The notes under the pieces were generated by a model. That model was not told the DNA's origin, did not search any database, and saw only the letters and a list, made by a program, of their open reading frames with translations. Below are positions 50,458-63,770 of a stretch of 64,000 bases of DNA, piece by piece; position 1 is the stretch's first letter; each line of letters starts with the position of its first letter. Position numbers and translations under genes: made by a program. This DNA is from Octopus vulgaris. Its lineage: Eukaryota. Location: assembly GCA_951406725.2 (NCBI GenBank), contig OX597824.1, positions 558,001-622,000 of the forward strand. Reading direction: 5' to 3'.

Positions 50458-51142
50458 AGACTACCCACCTTCTCCATATCAGAATAATGATAACATGGGT
50501 GGTTTCAAGAGAGACACCCCGATGGGTCGAGACATGGGTATGCGATCGATGGGCATGGATGCTCCAGTCCGAGACCAGATGCCATCTTCTCGTGGTGGAA
50601 TGGAACCAATGAGGAGAGACAATATGGTTGGCAATAGGGGTCCTGGTCCTATGGGGGTCGGTCGAGATTCCTACAGGCAAGGAGATTCAATGGACCATCA
50701 CAACATGGGAAATCGACAGATGGGTTCAATGATGCGAGACCGTCAAGAGATGGGTGGTGGAGGAGGTGGCATGAACAACTCTGGCGGCTATAACAGCTAC
50801 AATGGTCAGCAACAGGGTGGTGGTGGTGGTGGTGGCGGTGGTGGGGGAGGTGGTTACGGCATGAACCATTCTTACAACAACTTCAATAATGACCGATCGA
50901 GATCTGGTCCTGGTATGGACAATAACTACAGGGAGAACTACAGAGATAACAACTATAGAGAGAATAATTACAGGGAGAACAACTACCGAGACAACTACCA
51001 AGGAATGGGGGGAGGAGGAGGAGGCGGCGGTGGTGGTGGTAATATGGGGGGTGGTGGAGGTGGAAGACAGCAAATGGGCTCGCAAAAAAAGGGTAACTTA
51101 CCTGACCAAAGTTTTTTACAGACAGGTCCAATATTTTTTTAA
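50458..51142 (+). CDS. RBM4: RBM4/lark-like protein, last coding exon (G/M/N/Y-rich prion-like tail)
   Basis: tttccttacag acceptor in phase 2, in frame with ORF 50495-51142 ending QTGPIFF*. Total CDS 1413 nt, 470 aa. Confidence 0.85.
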
Positions 51143-52888
51143 AATATGAATCCTTTCTCAGATTATAGATACTACTAATAATGATAATAATAGTGGTTCT
51201 TTGAAAAGTAAAAAAAGAAACATCTTCACCTGGTATTTTTGTTGGTGTTTATAAAAAAAAACAAAGAAAAACATATTTTTAAGTATCAAGATTTCATTGA
51301 GATTAATATTGTTTCCCAAGTGTTAAATACGAACAAAATACTTTTAACTCCTCATCCAAGTTTGTTCACTATACATAACATACCATCACAGACTGCATCA
51401 GTCAGTTTCTTTTCCCATCCCACCCCACATTTTATCCCCTACTTAGTATAATTCCCACACATCTTTAACTGGATTATATATTATACAAATGAAATAGAAA
51501 CAAAAGATTCCACACTTTGTTCTTTTCTTTTCAAAGTCTTGTCAATTCACTCTTGTAGGATAAGCTTTCTATAGATATCTTCCATTGTGTGTATTTGGTG
51601 TTTCTTAAGGGCCCAGTGCTTTGAATTGTCTTCACTGAAACCATTTTTGATCCTATCTGAATCCTAACCATTGGAGGGCAGATCTTCATTTTCCAACTCC
51701 ACTTTTCTCATTTCAACTTTCAATCAACATCCACACTCTAATTTCATTTCTTTGGTATTCCAACCTATTTTCATAATTCATTACTAAATTTATCGTCTTT
51801 TTTTTTTTTTTTAACCTTGTTTTTCTTGATACCTCATATGCTGGTTTCCTTTTATTTCAGTTGATTCTTTAGAATTTTTGTGATGTGCTCAAATTAAATA
51901 TGTTCTAAATAATTTATTAGTGTGACATAATTTCAACATCATGTACCTAATTGCTGCCTCAATTCTGCGAAAGTTTCTGACTTCTGTCTCGATTTAACAA
52001 AGGTAACTAGAAAACTGATTTCATGTGTTTCTCTGTTGAAATTGTTTGTGATATTTTAAGGGTATAGGTATTAGTGATTGCTTTATTTGTCTTTATTATT
52101 TACAGTGTTATTTTTAATTCCCATAAACTGTTGGGCCTAAACCCACACTGATTTAATTTTGAATTTCAAATGTGATTAGAAGTTGTTGTTAGTTGATGTC
52201 TCTTTTCAAATCATCTTTCATACCTCATAAATCTGTTAGCTCAGTGCAGACTTAAGCTTTCTCCATTGAGAATGAAGAATTAACCATAAAATATGACACA
52301 TGCTTCCATATACTCACTGATCAATGTTTTGATTGTCATTTAAATTTTATTTCCATTCCTTAGTTTTTTTCTTGTTTTATTTTTTAAGACAATGTCCCCT
52401 TTTGCTTGTGATTATACCCAATGATTCACTTCCAGCAAAATAAAATCACCTTTCCCTATTTGTCTTCCCCCTTCTTATCAGTATTAAGGTCTGCCGTTGT
52501 TTTCTATTTTGCTTTGAAATGTTTCTTGTGTAGAGAAAGATAAAAGTCCTTTTATAGGATCTCTATTCTGACAGTTCTATTCTTAATGTTCTCCGACTCT
52601 ACCCGTGTGGAAACCTGCTCAATGTACTGCCTGCATTTCTTCATTCCATGTTTCCAATGTCTATCACTTAAAACAGAGCCATTACAAACTTTCAAAAAAG
52701 GAAGAAAAAAAAAGGTGGCAAAGCAGTGAACAAAAACCTTTTTTTTAATCGTTATTATTATTTTACAAATTGTAATTTTAATATTGAGAGAAAAAAAAAT
52801 GGAAAATATTTCCCCACCTTTTTTGTGTTTGATATTTCTTAGCTGTAAGTTACCAATGTCTTAGATGTCTGTAAAATTTTTTTTAAAA

Positions 52889-52906
52889 AATAAAAAGAAT
52901 ATTAAA
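52889..52906 (+). terminator. Probable poly(A) signal ending a ~1.75-kb U-rich 3' UTR
   Basis: AATAAA 52889-52894 and ATTAAA 52901-52906 followed by U/GU-rich DNA. Repeat-rich DNA resumes immediately after. Confidence 0.55.
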
Positions 52907-54309
52907 AGTTCGTTTTTCTTTCATGGTTGTTTGTTTTAGCTTAAAAAAATGCATGTTTCTGGATTCTATTTGCGTCTGGGAAGAGTCATTCTGTTTTAAC
53001 ACATTCTATTAAACACACTCACTGGTTCAATTTTGCTCCTCCCACCCCAGTTGTCATTGCGTCTTGCAACCTCTTCAATGTCTGTTATTAAAGAGGTGTA
53101 AGAAGCAACCTAAATTTTAAGTTGGAAAAAAAATGAGTGGAAATTGATCTACTGTGTTAATTAATAAGGCATTAAAACAGAATGACTCTTCCAACACAAC
53201 AAACTATGCTTCAACACACAAATTCACAGAAAAAATCTTGTAAACTAAATACAAAAACGAGATGGCATGTAAAAAGCACCATTCAAACATGGTCGTTGCC
53301 AGTGACACTTAAGAAAGCCACTACACTTGGAGTAGTTGGTGTTAGGAAGGGCATCCAGCTGGAGAAACTCTGCCAGATCAGATTTGAGCCTGGTAGATCA
53401 TTATCATCGTCGTTTAATGTCTGCTTTCCATGCTGGCATGGGTTGGACGGTTTGACTGGAAACTAGTAAGCTGGGAGGCTGCCCTAGACTCCAATCTGAT
53501 TTGGCAAGGTTTCTACAGCTGGATGACCTTCCTGATGCCAACCACTCTGAGAGTGGGTGTGTTTTATGTGGCACTGGCATCAGCCATGCTTGAATGGTGC
53601 TTTTTACATGCCAGTCAGGTGGTGAAATAAATTGCTAATCATGTGGTTTTGAGATCAGTCCCACTCCACAGCACCTTAGCCAAGTATCTTCTGCTAATGT
53701 TGAGACCAACCAATTCTTTGTGGGGTGAACGTGGTTGATAGAAACGGCACAATGGCTGCGTGGTTAAGACGTTCATTTCTCAAATGTGTTTCGGGGTTCA
53801 GTTCCACTGCATAGTACCTTGGGTAATTGTCTTCTACTATAGCCCTGGGTCAACCAAGGCCTTGAGAGAGACTATTTGGTAGATAAAAACTGAAAAGCAC
53901 CTTGTATATGTGTGTGTTCATGTCTCCTTGTCTTGATATAAACAAACATCACCACCATCCTATGTGTTATGTCTCATAGTTCTAGTTTTCTGTCAAAACA
54001 TGCCAAGCGTCCATCCTTGACATGACCATGGAATGTTGAAATAATGTGATCTGGAGGTGGTGGGGATTTCTCTCCATGCTAGCGATATGAACAAGAGTGT
54101 ATTTTGCACCAAGAAGACAATATCAGAGCTTCTCTCGTGCTATCTACCACAGTATACTTTGTTGTAATAGAACATCCATGTTTTAAGTGGGGATAAATAT
54201 TCCCTCTTGCTAATATGTAGAGGCTAGATATTTTTCAGTATGTCCACAGCTATTCCTCATCGTCTTCATATTCTAATCATGTGTTGCAGGAGAAACACCT
54301 AGGCATGCG

Positions 54310-57300
54310 TCATCATCATCGTTTAACGTCCGTTTTTCCATGCTGGCATGGGTTGGACTGTTTGTCCGAGGACTGGCAATCCAGGAGGCCACGCCAGGCT
54401 CAAATCTGATCTGGCAATGTTTCTACTGCTGGATTCCCTTCCTAACGCCAACCACTCCAAGAGTGTAGTGGGAGCTTTTTACATTCCATTGGCACAGGGG
54501 CTAGTCAGGTGGCACTGGCATCAATCATGTTTGGATAGTGCTTTTTATGTGCCGCCAGTCAGGGAGTACTGGCATCGCCCACGTTCGGATGGTGCTTATT
54601 ACGTGCTACTGGCACGACAGCCAGTCAGGGCACTGGCATTGACCATGTTCGGATGGTGCTTTTTATGTGCTACCAGCATGGGAGCCAGTCAGGGCACTGG
54701 CATTGGCCACGTTCGGATGGTGCTTTTTATGTGCTACCAGCATGGGAGCCAGTCAGGGCACTGGCATTGGCCACGTTCGGATGGTGCTTTTTATGTGCTA
54801 CCAGCATGGGAGCCAGTCAGGGCACTGGCATTGGCCACGTTCGGATGGTGTTTTTATGTGCTACCAGCATGGGAGCCAGTCAGGGCACTGGCATTGGCCA
54901 CGTTCGGATGGTGCTTTTTATGTGCTACCAGCATGGGAGCCAGTCAGGGCACTGGCATTGGCCACGTTCGGATGGTGCTTTTTATGTGCTACCAGCATGG
55001 GAGCCAGTCAGGGCACTGGCATTGGCCACGTTCGGATGGTGCTTTTTATGTGCTACCAGCATGGGAGCCAGTCAGGGCACTGGCATTGGCCACGTTCGGA
55101 TGGTGCTTTTTATGTGCTACCAGCATGGGAGCCAGTCAGGGCACTGGCATTGGCCACGTTCGGATGGTGCTTTTTATGTGCTACCAGCATGGGAGCCAGT
55201 CAGGGCACTGGCATTGGCCACGTTCGGATGGTGCTTTTTATGTGCTACCAGCATGGGAGCCAGTCAGGGCACTGGCATTGGCCACGTTTGGATGGTGCTT
55301 TTTATGTGCTACCAGCATGGGAGCTAGTCAGGGCACTGGCATTGGCCACGTTCGGATGGTGCTTTTTATGTGCTACCAGCATGGGAGCCAGTCAGGGCAC
55401 TGGCATTGGCCACGTTCGGATGGTGCTTTTTATGTGCTACCAGCATGGGAGCCAGTCAGGGCACTGGCATTGGCCATGTTCGGATGGTGCTTTTTATGTG
55501 CTACCAGCATGGGAGCCAGTCAGGGCACTGGCATTGGCCATGTTCGGATGGTGCTTTTTATGTGCTACAAGCATAGGAGCCAGTCAGGGCACTGGCATTG
55601 GCCACGTTTGGATGGTGCTTTTTATGTGCTACCAGCATGGGAGCCAGTCAGGGCACTGGCATTGGCCACGTTTGGATGGTGCTTTTTATGTGCTACCAGC
55701 ATGGGAGCCAGTCAGGGCACTGGCATTGGCCATGTTCGGATGGTGCTTTTTATGTGCTACCAGCATGGGAGCCAGTCAGGGCACTGGCATTGGACACGTT
55801 CGGATGGTGCTTTTTATGTGCTACCAGCATGGGAGCCAGTCAGGGCACTGGCATTGGCCACGTTCGGATGGTGCATTTTATGTGCTACCAGCATGGGAGC
55901 CAGTCAGGGCACTGGCATTGGCCACGTTCGGATGGTGCTTTTTATGTGCTACCAGCATGAGAGCCAGTCAGGGCACTGGCATTGACCACGTTCGGATGGT
56001 GCTTTTTATGTGCTACCAGCATGGGAGCCAGTCAGGGCACTGGCATTGGCCACGTTCGGATGGTGCTTTTTATGTGCTACCAGCATGGGAGCCAGTCAGG
56101 GCACTGGCATTGGCCACGTTCGGATGGTGCTTTTTATGTGCTACCAGCATGGGAGCCAGTCAGGGCACTGGCATTGACCACGTTCGGATGGTGCTTTTTA
56201 TGTGCTACCAGCATGGGAGCCAGTCAGGGCACTGGCATTGGCCACGTTCGGATGGTGCTTTTTATGTGCTACCAGCATGGGAGCCAGTCAGGGCACTGGC
56301 ATTGACCACGTTCGGATGGTGTTTTTTATGTGCTACCAGCATGGGAGCCAGTCAGGGCACTGGCATTGGCCACGTTCGGATGGTGCTTTTTATGTGCTAC
56401 CAGCATGGGAGCCAGTCAGGGCACTGGCATTGACCACGTTCGGATGGTGCTTTTATGTGCTACCAGCATGGGAGCCAGTCAGGGCACTGGCATTGGCCAC
56501 GTTTGGATGGTGCTTTTTATGTGCTACCAGCATGGGAGCCAGTCAGGGCACTGGCATTGGCCACGTTCGGATGGTGCTTTTTATGTGCTACCAGCATGGG
56601 AGCCAGTCAGGGCACTGGCATTGGCCACGTTTGGATGGTGCTTTTTATGTGCTACCAGCATGGGAGCCAGTCAGGGCACTGGCATTGGCCACGTTCGGAT
56701 GGTGCTTTTTATGTGCTACCAGCATGGGAGCCAGTCAGGGCACTGGCATTGGCCACGTTCGGATGGTGCTTTTTATGTGCTACCAGCATGGGAGCCAGTC
56801 AGGGCACTGGCATTGGCCACGTTCGGATGGTGCTTTTTATGTGCTACCAGCATGGGAGCCAGTCAGGGCACTGGCATTGGCCACGTTCGGATGGTGCTTT
56901 TTATGTGCTACCAGCATGGGAGCCAGTCAGGGCACTGGCATTGGCCACGTTCGGATGGTGCTTTTTATGTGCTACCAGCATGGGAGCCAGTCAGGGCACT
57001 GGCATTGGCCACGTTCGGATGGTGCTTTTTATGTGCTACCAGCATGGGAGCCAGTCAGGGCACTGGCATTGGCCACGTTCGGATGGTGCTTTTTATGTGC
57101 TACCAGCATGGGAGCCAGTCAGGGCACTGGCATTGGCCACGTTCGGATGGTGCTTTTTATGTGCTACCAGCATGGGAGCCAGTCAGGGCACTGGCATTGG
57201 CCACGTTCGGATGGTGCTTTTTATGTGCTACCAGCATGGGAGCCAGTCAGGGCACTGGCATTGGCCACGTTCGGATGGTGCTTTTTATGTGCTACCAGCA

Positions 57301-59014
57301 TGGGAGCCAGTCAGGGCACTGGCATTGGCCACGTTTGGATGGTGCTTTTTATGTGCTACCAGCATGGGAGCCAGTCAGGGCACTGGCATTGGCCACGTTC
57401 GGATGGTGCTTTTTATGTGCTACCAGCATGGGAGCCAGTCAGGGCACTGGCATTGGCCACGTTCGGATGGTGCTTTTTATGTGCTACCAGCATGGGAGCC
57501 AGTTAGGGCACTGGCATTGGCCACGTTCGGATGGTGCTTTTTATGTGCTACCAGCATGGGAGCCAGTCAGGGCACTGGCATTGGCCACGTTCGGATGGTG
57601 CTTTTTATGTGCTACCAGCATGGGAGCCAGTCAGGGCACTGGCATTGGCCACGTTTGGATGGTGCTTTTTATGTGCTACCAGCATGGGAGCCAGTCAGGG
57701 CACTGGCATTGGCCACGTTCGGATGGTGCTTTTATGTGCTACCAGCATGGGAGCCAGTCAGGGCACTGGCATTGGCCACGTTCGGATGGTGCTTTTTATG
57801 TGCTACCAGCATGGGAGCCAGTCAGGGCACTGGCATTGGCCACGTTCGGATGGTGCTTTTTATGTGCTACCAGCATGGGAGCCAGTCAGGGCACTGGCAT
57901 TGGCCACGTTCGGATGGTGCTTTTTATGTGCTACCAGCATGGGAGCCAGTCAGGGCACTGGCATTGGCCACGTTCGGATGGTGCTTTTTATGTGCTACCA
58001 GCATGGGAGCCAGTCAGGGCACTGGCATTGGCCACGTTCGGATGGTGCTTTTTATGTGCTACCAGCATGGGAGCCAGTCAGGGCACTGGCATTGGCCACG
58101 TTCGGATGGTGCTTTTTATGTGCTACCAGCATGGGAGCCAGTCAGGGCACTGGCATTGGCCACGTTTGGATGGTGCTTTTTATGTGCTACCAGCATGGGA
58201 GCCAGTCAGGGCACTGGCATTGGCCACGTTCGGATGGTGCTTTTTATGTGCTACCAGCATGGGAGCCAGTTAGGGCACTGGCATTGGCCACGTTCGGATG
58301 GTGCTTTTTATGTGCTACCAGCATGGGAGCCAGTCAGGGCACTGGCATTGGCCACGTTTGGATGGTGCTTTTTATGTGCTACCAGCATGGGAGCCAGTCA
58401 GGGCACTGGCATTGGCCACGTTTGGATGGTGCTTTTTATGTGCTACCAGCATGGGAGCCAGTCAGGGCACTGGCATTGGCCACGTTCGGATGGTGCTTTT
58501 TATGTGCTACCAGCATGGGAGCCAGTCAGGGCACTGGCATTGGCCACGTTTGGATGGTGCTTTTTATGTGCTACCAGCATGGGAGCCAGTCAGGGCACTG
58601 GCATTGGCCACGTTCGGATGGTGCTTTTTATGTGCTACCAGCATGGGAGCCAGTCAGGGCACTGGCATTGGCCACGTTCGGATGGTGCTTTTTATGTGCT
58701 ACCAGCATGGGAGCCAGTCAGGGCACTGGCATTGGCCACGTTTGGATGGTGCTTTTTATGTGCTACCAGCATGGGAGCCAGTCAGGGCACTGGCATTGGC
58801 CACGTTCGGATGGTGCTTTTTATGTGCTACCAGCATGGGAGCCAGTCAGGGCACTGGCATTGGCCACGTTCGGATGGTGCTTTTTATGTGCTACCAGCAT
58901 GGGAGCCAGTCAGGGCACTGGCATTGGCCACGTTCGGATGGTGTTTTTTACATGCCAGTTGAGTACACCTGGCATTGACCACATGGATAGTGCTTTCTAT
59001 GTACCACTGGCACA
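54310..59014 (-). mobile_element. RTE LINE 3' UTR copy hosting the expanded tandem array
   Basis: (CAT)n tail and standard RTE tail at 54310-54480, grading through diverged units into the homogeneous array. Confidence 0.85.
54620..58950. repeat. 64-bp tandem array, about 68 copies
   Basis: Unit GCCAGTCAGGGCACTGGCATTGGCCACGTTCGGATGGTGCTTTTTATGTGCTACCAGCATGGGA. Most copies identical or with a single change. Confidence 0.97.
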
Positions 59015-60342
59015 GAGGGGACAAACAAGGACAGTATGTCACACGCGGCCCCCTGGTACCACCATGGGCTCCTACACAAGCAGCCTGCAATTTGCTGGCC
59101 TGGAGAACCCACGTGCACCAACGCTCAGTAAATCAAAAACCCGGCATGGAACAAATGAAGTAACAAAAAGAAACCAGAAGAGCTGCCAACAAAAAAAGAA
59201 AAAGAAAAAACATTTCGTAGCCAAAGGAAATTTTTTTTTTTTTTAAATATTTAACAGTAAGACAGTTCTTTTGAAAGTCCTTTCTTTTTCTTTAAAAACA
59301 TTTAACAACAAAGTTCTTTCCTTTTTCAAACATTTAATGGCAACAAAGTTATTTTCTTTCTCTTTTCTTTTCAAACATTTTACAACACAAAGTTCTTTCA
59401 TTTACCTCTGCGAACTTCCACAATTCTGGCTAGCCACAGCATCAACTTGCCAGTTCCCTCTGACCGTCCGTGTCTCTATCCTACCTGTATATATCAGGCC
59501 ATGCAGCCAGAAAGATAGGTATACTGCACATAACAGTGCAGTTTTCCTTCGAAACTGGGTTACTCTGTCGTTTTTTTAAACTCTCTTTGACTGTAGAGAA
59601 TGGGAGATCAAGTACCTTCAGTCATAAACAACCGTACTTCATGACGACAATGGAAATAACGCTGGCCTGAACAACTAGAGCACCGTTTCGAACCCAGCTA
59701 ACGGAAAAGGAATAGTTTAATTTTTTTTTTTGTTTCATTTGTAACAAATATATATATATGTCTACCAAATCCTTTCTCAATGCTTTGGTTGGCCCACTTT
59801 CCCTAGGTGTCATGGACTGAGCCTGGAACCACATGGTTGGGGGGAAGTAAACTTCTTGCCACACTTGTGCCTATGTGTGTGTATATATACGATCTAATAA
59901 AGATGTGTGGAAAGAGGTTTGCTCCCCAACCACAAGTGTGAGGTTCAGTCCTACTCTGTGGCACCTTGGGCAAGTGTCTTCTACTATAGCCCCAGGCTGA
60001 CCAAAGCCTCGAGGGTGGATTTGCTAGGCAAAAATAAAGAAGCCCATCATATATGTATGTATAAGTAAATATGTGTCCATATCTTTCTGTTTGTCTCTGG
60101 TCACTACTTGATGAGAAGAGTTGGTTTGTTGTACGGCCTTTATAACTGAGTAGTTCACCAAAAGAGACTAATAGAATGTGTATCAGACTTTAAAAAAAGT
60201 GCTGGGGTTGATACGTTTCTACTAAACCCTTCAAGGTAGTGCCCCAGCATGACAACATCCCACTGACTGAAACAAATAGAAGATAAAGGTTAAGTTCTAA
60301 ATTTAAACCAATTTGAATGTATTTTGGCAATTTTTAAAAAAT

Positions 60343-60735
60343 TTCTTTATTGCCCACAGGGGGATAAACATAGAGGGAACAAACAAAGGGATTAAGTCGA
60401 TTACACTAACGCCAGTGCATAACTGGTACTTATTTAATTGATGAAAAGGATGAAAAGCAAAGTCAACCTCAGTGGAGTTTGAACTCAGAACGTAACGGCA
60501 GACGAAATACCTATTTCTTTACTACCCACAAGGGGCTAAACACAGAGAGGACAGACAAACGGATTAAGTCGATTACATTGACTCCAGTGCGTAACTGGTA
60601 CTTATTTAATCGACCCCGAAAGGATGAAAGGCAAAGTCGACCTCGGCGGAATTTGAACTCAGAACGTAGCGGCAGACAAAATACCACTAAGCATTTTGCC
60701 CAGCATGCTAGTGTTCCTGGCAGCTTGCTGCCCTG
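60343..60735 (-). mobile_element. Second SINE family, partial tandem dimer
   Basis: Minus strand: gagttcaaattccgccgaggtcgactttgcctttcatcctttcggggtcgattaaataagtaccagtt (B box + conserved central domain), present twice. Relatives near 9600-9720, 11650-11755, 42340-42470 and 61570. Confidence 0.75.
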
Positions 60736-62946
60736 AATATATTTTGGTAATTGATAGCATAAATACTAAGATATTACACCAATTAAGTGGGTAATTAAAT
60801 AAATAAAAATTATTACAAATTAATCCCTGCTTGAGCCATGAAAAGTGCCTGATATCTCAAGTTTCTTCCAAAAAGGAAGTGCTTTTATCTGAAGTATTTT
60901 CACAGGTACCAAAGGTGAAACAACAACATTTTAACTGTTTTGATAACATCCCACCTGACACTGCCCCTGGTTCTCTAATAAAAGCTTCCTGTTTTAAGGT
61001 AATCTAAATTAAAACTTTCCATCAGAAATTTGAGTTCATATTTCAAACACCAGCTTAATAATAATGACAGTTGTTTTACTAAATTTTTCATTTTTTCCAA
61101 AATTAATTGAAACCAAATCAGGGTATTTCAGCAAAAATATGGCAACCAAAGGATTAAAATAGTTGAGATTTATTTCAAGGAAATGGTCGGTGTTTAACAC
61201 TTGGTCAGGCTGATTAAGCAGTCCACTCGTCTCAAGTAATTCCAACCTTGACCTGCTGGACTGCCATAAAGAAAAAAAAAAAAAAAAAGAGCAGTATATT
61301 TATGACTACATTGTTTAATGTCTCTACTTTTTTGTGACAGCGAGGCATTATTTGGTTGCTATTTTTAGAACATCAAATGCCCAGTGATATGAATGAACAA
61401 AGGATCAGCTATGGTTGAGTAAATTTATCCTGTTTTATGAATGAAGGACAGGGGTACATCACCTGATGTGTCCTTTCCTTCTGATATAGTATTGTGCAAT
61501 TAGGGCTGCTATTTCTAGCAAGATTGGTACAAGCATTTAGGTATCTGACAAAATATTTATGTCTGTATGGCCTTTTTCATTCCGAGTTCAAATCTTGTTG
61601 AGGGCATCACTTTATCTTTCATCCTTCCTGGATTAATAAAACAATATGCCATCATCAGTGAAATGTTACACGTTTGACTTTCAATGGATACCAATGGTTA
61701 AATATATTAAAGTAGTTGAAATTTAATCATCAAACCTGCTCTTTTCCATACTTGTTGAAGTAGATTTCCTATGGCCTGATGCCCTTATCTCTTACTAACT
61801 CTCAACTGTTTTCCAAGCAAGCTGATATTTCCCAAGGCCTGACTTGTTTTTCACACACAACTGGAAATGAAGAATATCAATTGTATGACTGTGATGCTTA
61901 TTTGCTGTCACCATGACATCTCAGATCATGAGTACACACACACAACTGAAGGCATGCTATCAAAAGGGCTTCATTCTCTCTTCAAAATGGATTCATAGGT
62001 GCTCAGAGCCAACTGCTTTACTTTTAACTGTCCATCTTGTATTTTCCACGACCTCAGAAATATTGCTGTTTTCATTGGTAAACTTTGCCTGTTAAAAGTT
62101 AGTTCCCAAGGCTGGCTACGTTTGATACAGAAATACAAGGTTCTAATCATCGTGTGTTTCTTGAGTATTTGAAGCATTTGTTGAGTGATGTGAAACTTCA
62201 GATGAACATTTCAGGTTGTTGGGGCAGATTCCCTGATGTTGACATTTAATTACTGGAAAGCTTCATTGAATTTACAGCATTAATAATTAAACTGGGTGAC
62301 AGTACTACATATATATATATATATATATATGCATGTGTGCTGTGTTTGTTCCCACCAACACTTGACAACTGACTAGGCTAAAAAAAAACTAGGTATTGGG
62401 TTGATTTGTTGTGAGCTGACAAGGGGGTGCTGGGTTTTTAGAGGGGAAGGTCAGGATTTTTCTTAGAAATTAAAATGTTGAAAACCAGGTACATTTCTCT
62501 ATTTTAAATGTTTTCAAAAACATTTTTTTCTGGTATTAAAATATAACTGGGTTTGTGTGTTATCGTCGAGGGGCAAATTTTAGTCTGATTCCAAAACGTT
62601 GCCAGAAGAAGGACAGAGCACTCCAAAGTCAGTCTGTGGCCTAAAGCATGGCATCTGAGAATCGTAACTGGGGAAACAAAAGTCAGCAATATTGGTTTTC
62701 AGATAAAAGGCATATGAAGGGGGAACTAAGAAAATATGGATTATTTATTATTGCCGTAGAAAGTTGCAAAATTAGCTTTTGCTTTATTGTCTTTCATCAT
62801 TTACCTGTTTCATTGGACAACAGCCATGCTGGGGAACATTCCGGAAAAGTTTACTTGAACAAATCAACCCCAATACCTAATTTTTTTTGAGCCTGGTCAG
62901 TTGTCAAGAGGTGCTGAGAACAAACACAACAAACATACACACACGC

Positions 62947-62988
<42 letters not shown>

Positions 62989-63119
62989 GTATATGTATAT
63001 TTATATATGTATATGACTGGCACTCTGTTGCTTACGATGACGAGGGCTACATTTGATCCCCTCAACAGAACAGCCTGCTTGTGAAATTAACATGCAAGTG
63101 GCTGAGCGCTCCACAGTGT

Positions 63120-63770
63120 TACTGCTGGACATGTTGGTGCTGCTGCTACTGCCATCATTTCTACTGTTACTAGATGAATACAAATCCATAAAAGAAGAGG
63201 AAAGAACAGGGCCTCGAGATGAGGAAAGAAGGCTTAGTAAATTAGAATCATTTTGCAGTGTTAAGCTGGAAATGGAAATCAATTTGTTTTTGATCAAAAG
63301 TTTTCTCCATTCTCCCACAAGGGACGTTGGCTCATCTGCCCATAGGGGCAATTTCGTCCGTAGTTCGTATAATTTATGGTTGGAACACAATCTCACCAGG
63401 AGTTTGTCATCACAGTCACCTCAAGACTAGGGTACTCTTGGTGCACAGGTACTGCTTTAGAGCTGATTGGGGAGTTGTTTGAAGATATAAGGACGCAGAT
63501 AGGGCGTCAGATCCACAAAGTTGCCTGTGGATGTAGGACACGGAGCTCAAAAGTCAAACTCACTGGTCTAAAACCAGCAATTCGAACATCCTAAGTGAGA
63601 AGATCGATGTCTCAACAATTTAGTTTTAATTATTGATCGATTTTGTGAATAAGAGGACAACGGAAGGTATAGAACTTTCACCAAGCCTATCAGAGTTATT
63701 CCCCCTCGTATGCTTTTTCTGGCCATGTCCCTCCCTGCTGAAACTACAGTTTTCATCTACAAGAAATATT
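63120..63770 (-). mobile_element. Possible highly degraded non-LTR retrotransposon coding remnant
   Basis: Coding-like composition and FRPVSLT (cf. YRPISL preceding LINE RT) near 63555-63575. No other motif could be confirmed. Confidence 0.3.

Noticed and set aside
49552-51149. Alternative-frame and antisense ORFs over the RRM gene's last exons
   Set aside because: Shadows of low-complexity coding sequence; only one frame fits the splice phases.
54620-58950. CRISPR-like array
   Set aside because: Units are contiguous and identical with no unique spacers, the context is eukaryotic, and the unit derives from an RTE 3' UTR.
54348-59246. Long ORFs (434-835 aa) as protein-coding genes
   Set aside because: They arise in all three frames from a stop-free 64-bp unit; indel variants shift frames freely.
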